64,000 nucleotides of DNA from Patescibacteria group bacterium (GTDB taxonomy: Bacteria > Patescibacteriota > Minisyncoccia > Moranbacterales > DUUL01): contig JAYEIQ010000004.1 of NCBI GenBank assembly GCA_034660175.1, forward strand, positions 4,152 through 68,151, read 5' to 3'. Of this stretch, positions 60,701-64,000 are shown one piece after another (within the stretch, counting starts at the first letter, position 1; every line of letters starts with the position of its first letter). Below the pieces are notes generated by a model. The model searched no databases. It saw only the letters and a program-made list of their open reading frames with translations, and was not told the origin of the DNA. Made by a program: the position numbers and the translations under genes.

Positions 60701-61237
60701 ATGAAAAAAACACTACTCATTTTTATTATTGTCGCATTCTTTTTGGACTATTCTTTTTTGCCAATGTTGCAGATGGATATTTCTTTTGGCGCAAACTTTT
60801 CTCTTTTGGTCTTGGTGGTGGTTTTTCTCAAAAGACAATATGTCGAAAGTTTCTGGTGGGCAGTTTTGGGTGGAGTGTTGCTTGATTATGTTTCATCTGT
60901 TCCTCTTGGCATGTTTGTTTTCTCTTTTTTACTTGTTGGATTTGGCTTGGAGTTTTTTCAGAAAAAACTTCAAACAAAAGCTCCAAATTCTTTTTCTCTG
61001 TTGTTCTTGTTTATCTCTTCTTTTGTTGTTGTTGAAACGTCTTGTTTTATTGTTCAGCAGGTAGCACATTTTTTGGGAATAATCTCATACACTGTCGTGT
61101 TTGAATTTGAGAGCATCAGACAATTGTTGTTTCTGAAAGTGACATTGTCATTTCTTGGAATATTTCTATTTACGATTGTTGATAAAATCGAATGGTTTGC
61201 AGGTGAGAAATCATTGAAATTGAAAATTGATAGCTAA
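60701..61237 (+). CDS. mreD: MreD-like membrane protein
   Basis: polytopic; GGVLLDY..PLG; located between mreC and mrdA. Confidence 0.75.
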   Translation: MKKTLLIFIIVAFFLDYSFLPMLQMDISFGANFSLLVLVVVFLKRQYVESFWWAVLGGVLLDYVSSVPLGMFVFSFLLVGFGLEFFQKKLQTKAPNSFSLLFLFISSFVVVETSCFIVQQVAHFLGIISYTVVFEFESIRQLLFLKVTLSFLGIFLFTIVDKIEWFAGEKSLKLKIDS

Positions 61238-61272
61238 AAATAGTTTTTGAAAATAAAAAGTTTTAATAATCC

Positions 61273-63234
61273 ATGGTTTTTTCATTCAAAAAAGGCCAAA
61301 AAGGTTTCGATATAGACAATCCTCTTGAAGTTCCAAGCAGGGTCGCGGAAACGCCAGAAGAAATGCAAGAGGACTTGATTTTGTGTGGAAAAAACAAGTT
61401 TGTTTTTTGGTCTGCAATAACGATTTTTATTGTGTTATTGTTGTCTAGGACTTTTTATTTGCAGGTTGTTAAAGGTGCATACTATAAAGATATTGCGGAA
61501 AACAATCGAATTCGAGAAGTTGTGATCAAGGCTCCTCGAGGCAAGATCGTTGGTCAACATGGACGGGTGTTGGCACAGAACATTCCCAGCTTTGAAGTAG
61601 TTTTTGTTGCTGCCCATTTGCCAAAGAACGAATTGAAGCAAAAAAAGATTTGTGATGAGTTGAGTTTTGTTATTGACATTGATCCAAATGAGATTTTTGA
61701 ATCATTTTCAAAAGTGAAAGACCATGATCGAAACATGTATTTGATCAAAGAGTCAATTGATCAAGACTCTGCACTTGAGATCATGGAAAGATCAAAGTAT
61801 TTGCCTGGGATTTACATTGGGAAAACTGCCAGAAGGGAGTATGTTGATGGAAAGATATTTTCTCACATTATTGGATATGATGGAAAAGTGACTGAAAGTG
61901 AGCTTGAAAAAAATCCTTCATACTTGATGACGGACTATATTGGAAAAGATGGATTGGAACTTACTTATGAAAAACTTTTGCATGGAACCCATGGAATTCA
62001 TCGATATGAAGTTGATTCAAACAATAACATCAAAGAGGATCTGGGGATGATCAATCCAGTGTCTGGGGATGGGTTGACCTTATATGTCGATGCAGGATTG
62101 CAGAGAAAAATTACTGAGGAATTGGAGAAGGTTCTTTCGGAAAATGAGGATGCGACGGGAGCAGTTGCAATTGCTGTTGATCCTCGAAGTGGTGGAATTC
62201 GAGCATTGGTCAGTTTGCCGAGTTTTGACAATAATCTTTTTGCAAAAGGAATTGAAACAGATGAGTATGCAGGTTTGATCAATGACAAAGGCCGACCTCT
62301 TTTGAACAGGGCCATTGCAGGAGAGTATCCTCCAGGTTCAATATTCAAGCCGTTTGTTGCAGCAGCAGCTTTGCAAGAGGGTACAATAACAGAGCAGACC
62401 TCATTGAATTGTAGTGGTGGTATTTCTGTTGGTGCTTGGACTTTTCCAGACTGGAAGGCTCATGGTCACACTGATGTTAAAAAAGCAATTGCTGAAAGTT
62501 GCGACGTGTTTTTCTATGCGGTTGCCGGAGGCTGGGGAAATATTACCGGGCTCAACATAACTCGTATTGAACAATATGGAAAAATGTTTGGATTTGGAGA
62601 TGTCAGTGGAGTTGATTTGCCGGGAGAATCGAATGGAAATCTTCCCAATGAAAGTTGGAAGTTCAAAAAGTTTGGAGAAAAATGGTATATTGGTGATAGC
62701 TATCATGTGGGAATTGGACAAGGATATTTGACGGTGACACCACTTCAGGAGGTGATGATGACTTCTATGATTGCGAATGGTGGAACACTCTATCGCCCAC
62801 AACTGGTGGCGGAAATTGTTTCTTCGACCACTGGAGAGAGACGAAAGATTGAACCACTGCTGATCGAACGAGACATCATATCGAGTGCAAACATCAATAT
62901 TGTCAAAGAAGGAATGAGGCAAACTGTGACCTCTGGAACGGGTGTCTCTCTATCAAGTCTTGAAGTTGCTACTGGCGGAAAAACAGGCACTTCTCAATTT
63001 GGGGCAAATGATAAGACTCATGCTTGGTATGTCTCATTCGGTCCATATGAGAAGCCAGAACTGGCGATGGTTGTCTTGATCGAAGGTGGAGGGGAAGGAC
63101 ATGAATGGGCTGTGCCAGTGACAAAGGAGACGTACAAGTGGTACTTTGATCAAGAACGTGGAACAATTAATTTGGAGGAAGAAGAAGAGATGATTGAAGT
63201 TTTGGAAACAGAAATTAAAGACACTCAGCAATAA
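61273..63234 (+). CDS. mrdA: penicillin-binding protein 2 (elongasome)
   Basis: AENNRIR..APRGKI, YPPGSIFK, SCDVFFY, GKTGT. Confidence 0.93.
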   Translation: MVFSFKKGQKGFDIDNPLEVPSRVAETPEEMQEDLILCGKNKFVFWSAITIFIVLLLSRTFYLQVVKGAYYKDIAENNRIREVVIKAPRGKIVGQHGRVLAQNIPSFEVVFVAAHLPKNELKQKKICDELSFVIDIDPNEIFESFSKVKDHDRNMYLIKESIDQDSALEIMERSKYLPGIYIGKTARREYVDGKIFSHIIGYDGKVTESELEKNPSYLMTDYIGKDGLELTYEKLLHGTHGIHRYEVDSNNNIKEDLGMINPVSGDGLTLYVDAGLQRKITEELEKVLSENEDATGAVAIAVDPRSGGIRALVSLPSFDNNLFAKGIETDEYAGLINDKGRPLLNRAIAGEYPPGSIFKPFVAAAALQEGTITEQTSLNCSGGISVGAWTFPDWKAHGHTDVKKAIAESCDVFFYAVAGGWGNITGLNITRIEQYGKMFGFGDVSGVDLPGESNGNLPNESWKFKKFGEKWYIGDSYHVGIGQGYLTVTPLQEVMMTSMIANGGTLYRPQLVAEIVSSTTGERRKIEPLLIERDIISSANINIVKEGMRQTVTSGTGVSLSSLEVATGGKTGTSQFGANDKTHAWYVSFGPYEKPELAMVVLIEGGGEGHEWAVPVTKETYKWYFDQERGTINLEEEEEMIEVLETEIKDTQQ

Positions 63235-63257
63235 GAATTAATTCAAGCATTAGTCAC

Positions 63258-63974
63258 ATGTCTGGACATTCAAAGTGGTCAACAATCAAACATAAAAAAG
63301 CGATCAATGATGCCAAGCGAGCAAACATTTTCACGAAACTTGCAAAGGATGTGACAATAGCAGCTCGTGATGGAGGTGATCCGGAAATGAACTTCAAGTT
63401 GCGCATGGCAATTGACAAGGCACGTTCAATGAACATGCCGAAAGATAACATTGAGCGAGCAATCAAAAGTGGAACGGGAGAATTGAAAGAAGGTGCCCAA
63501 ATTGAAGAGATTCTCTACGAGGCATATGGTCCGGGTCAAGTTGCCATACTGATAAAAACAGCAACAGACAACAAAAACAGGACATTGAGCGAAGTTCGTA
63601 ATATTTTGAACAAAAATGGAGGTAAGCCAGTTGAAGGCGGAGGAGTGAGTTGGCAGTTTGAGCAGAAGGGAGTCATCGAGGTAGAGCTGGGTTCAAAAGA
63701 CGAGGAAAGTGTTGAAATGTTGATCATTGAAAGTGGAGCTGACGACTATGAACTTGAAGACAAAGTTTTTGTTGTGTATACGAAAGTTTCTGAGCTTCAA
63801 AAAGTAAAGGAAGCTTTGGAGAGAGGAAATTTGAAAATTCAAGAAGCATCACTTGCGTTTATTCCAAAAGACACAGTGTCTGTTGATTGTGCAACAAGGG
63901 AGAAGTATGAAAACTTGCTCGAGGTCTTGGATGAGCAAGATGATGTGGTGGACGTTTTTGACAATCTTGGTTAG
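63258..63974 (+). CDS. yebC: YebC/PmpR family protein
   Basis: MSGHSKWSTIKHKK, YEAYGPG, TDNKNRT, DDVVDVFDN. Confidence 0.96.
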   Translation: MSGHSKWSTIKHKKAINDAKRANIFTKLAKDVTIAARDGGDPEMNFKLRMAIDKARSMNMPKDNIERAIKSGTGELKEGAQIEEILYEAYGPGQVAILIKTATDNKNRTLSEVRNILNKNGGKPVEGGGVSWQFEQKGVIEVELGSKDEESVEMLIIESGADDYELEDKVFVVYTKVSELQKVKEALERGNLKIQEASLAFIPKDTVSVDCATREKYENLLEVLDEQDDVVDVFDNLG

Positions 63975-64000
63975 TTAGCATTCAGAATAGTTTCAACAGT

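Overview
AT-rich bacterial chromosome segment, genetic code 11. The gene set and style suggest a Patescibacteria/CPR (Parcubacteria, possibly Moranbacteria-like) genome; that assignment is inference. Layout: (1) 0.6-17.4 kb, a surface-glycan locus with decayed heptose genes (gmhA pseudogene, hldE kinase fused to cysQ by apparent deletion), a PAPS sulfation module (sat-cysC, cysQ, sulfotransferase), four GT4s, three methyltransferases, a Wzx flippase and a GT-C enzyme. (2) 18.5-24.4 kb, a minus-strand island with strong Shine-Dalgarno sites: an ExbB/TolQ-like and ExbD-like motor pair followed by a membrane-anchored transglutaminase-like protein where TonB would be expected, then two secreted FN3/DxDxDG proteins. 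(3) ugd and an unusual tRNA locus: an intact tRNA-Thr(CGT) sits inside a palindrome within an interrupted tRNA relic, and a broken tRNA-Gly lies next to an intact one. (4) Core genes: prfB (programmed +1 frameshift), ftsEX, mraZ-rsmH-ftsL-ftsI-murF, fmt/def/priA, nrdR with a split class III RNR, frr, rseP, proS, three decayed genes, mreBCD-mrdA and yebC. All calls are by-eye motif recognition; no searches were run.
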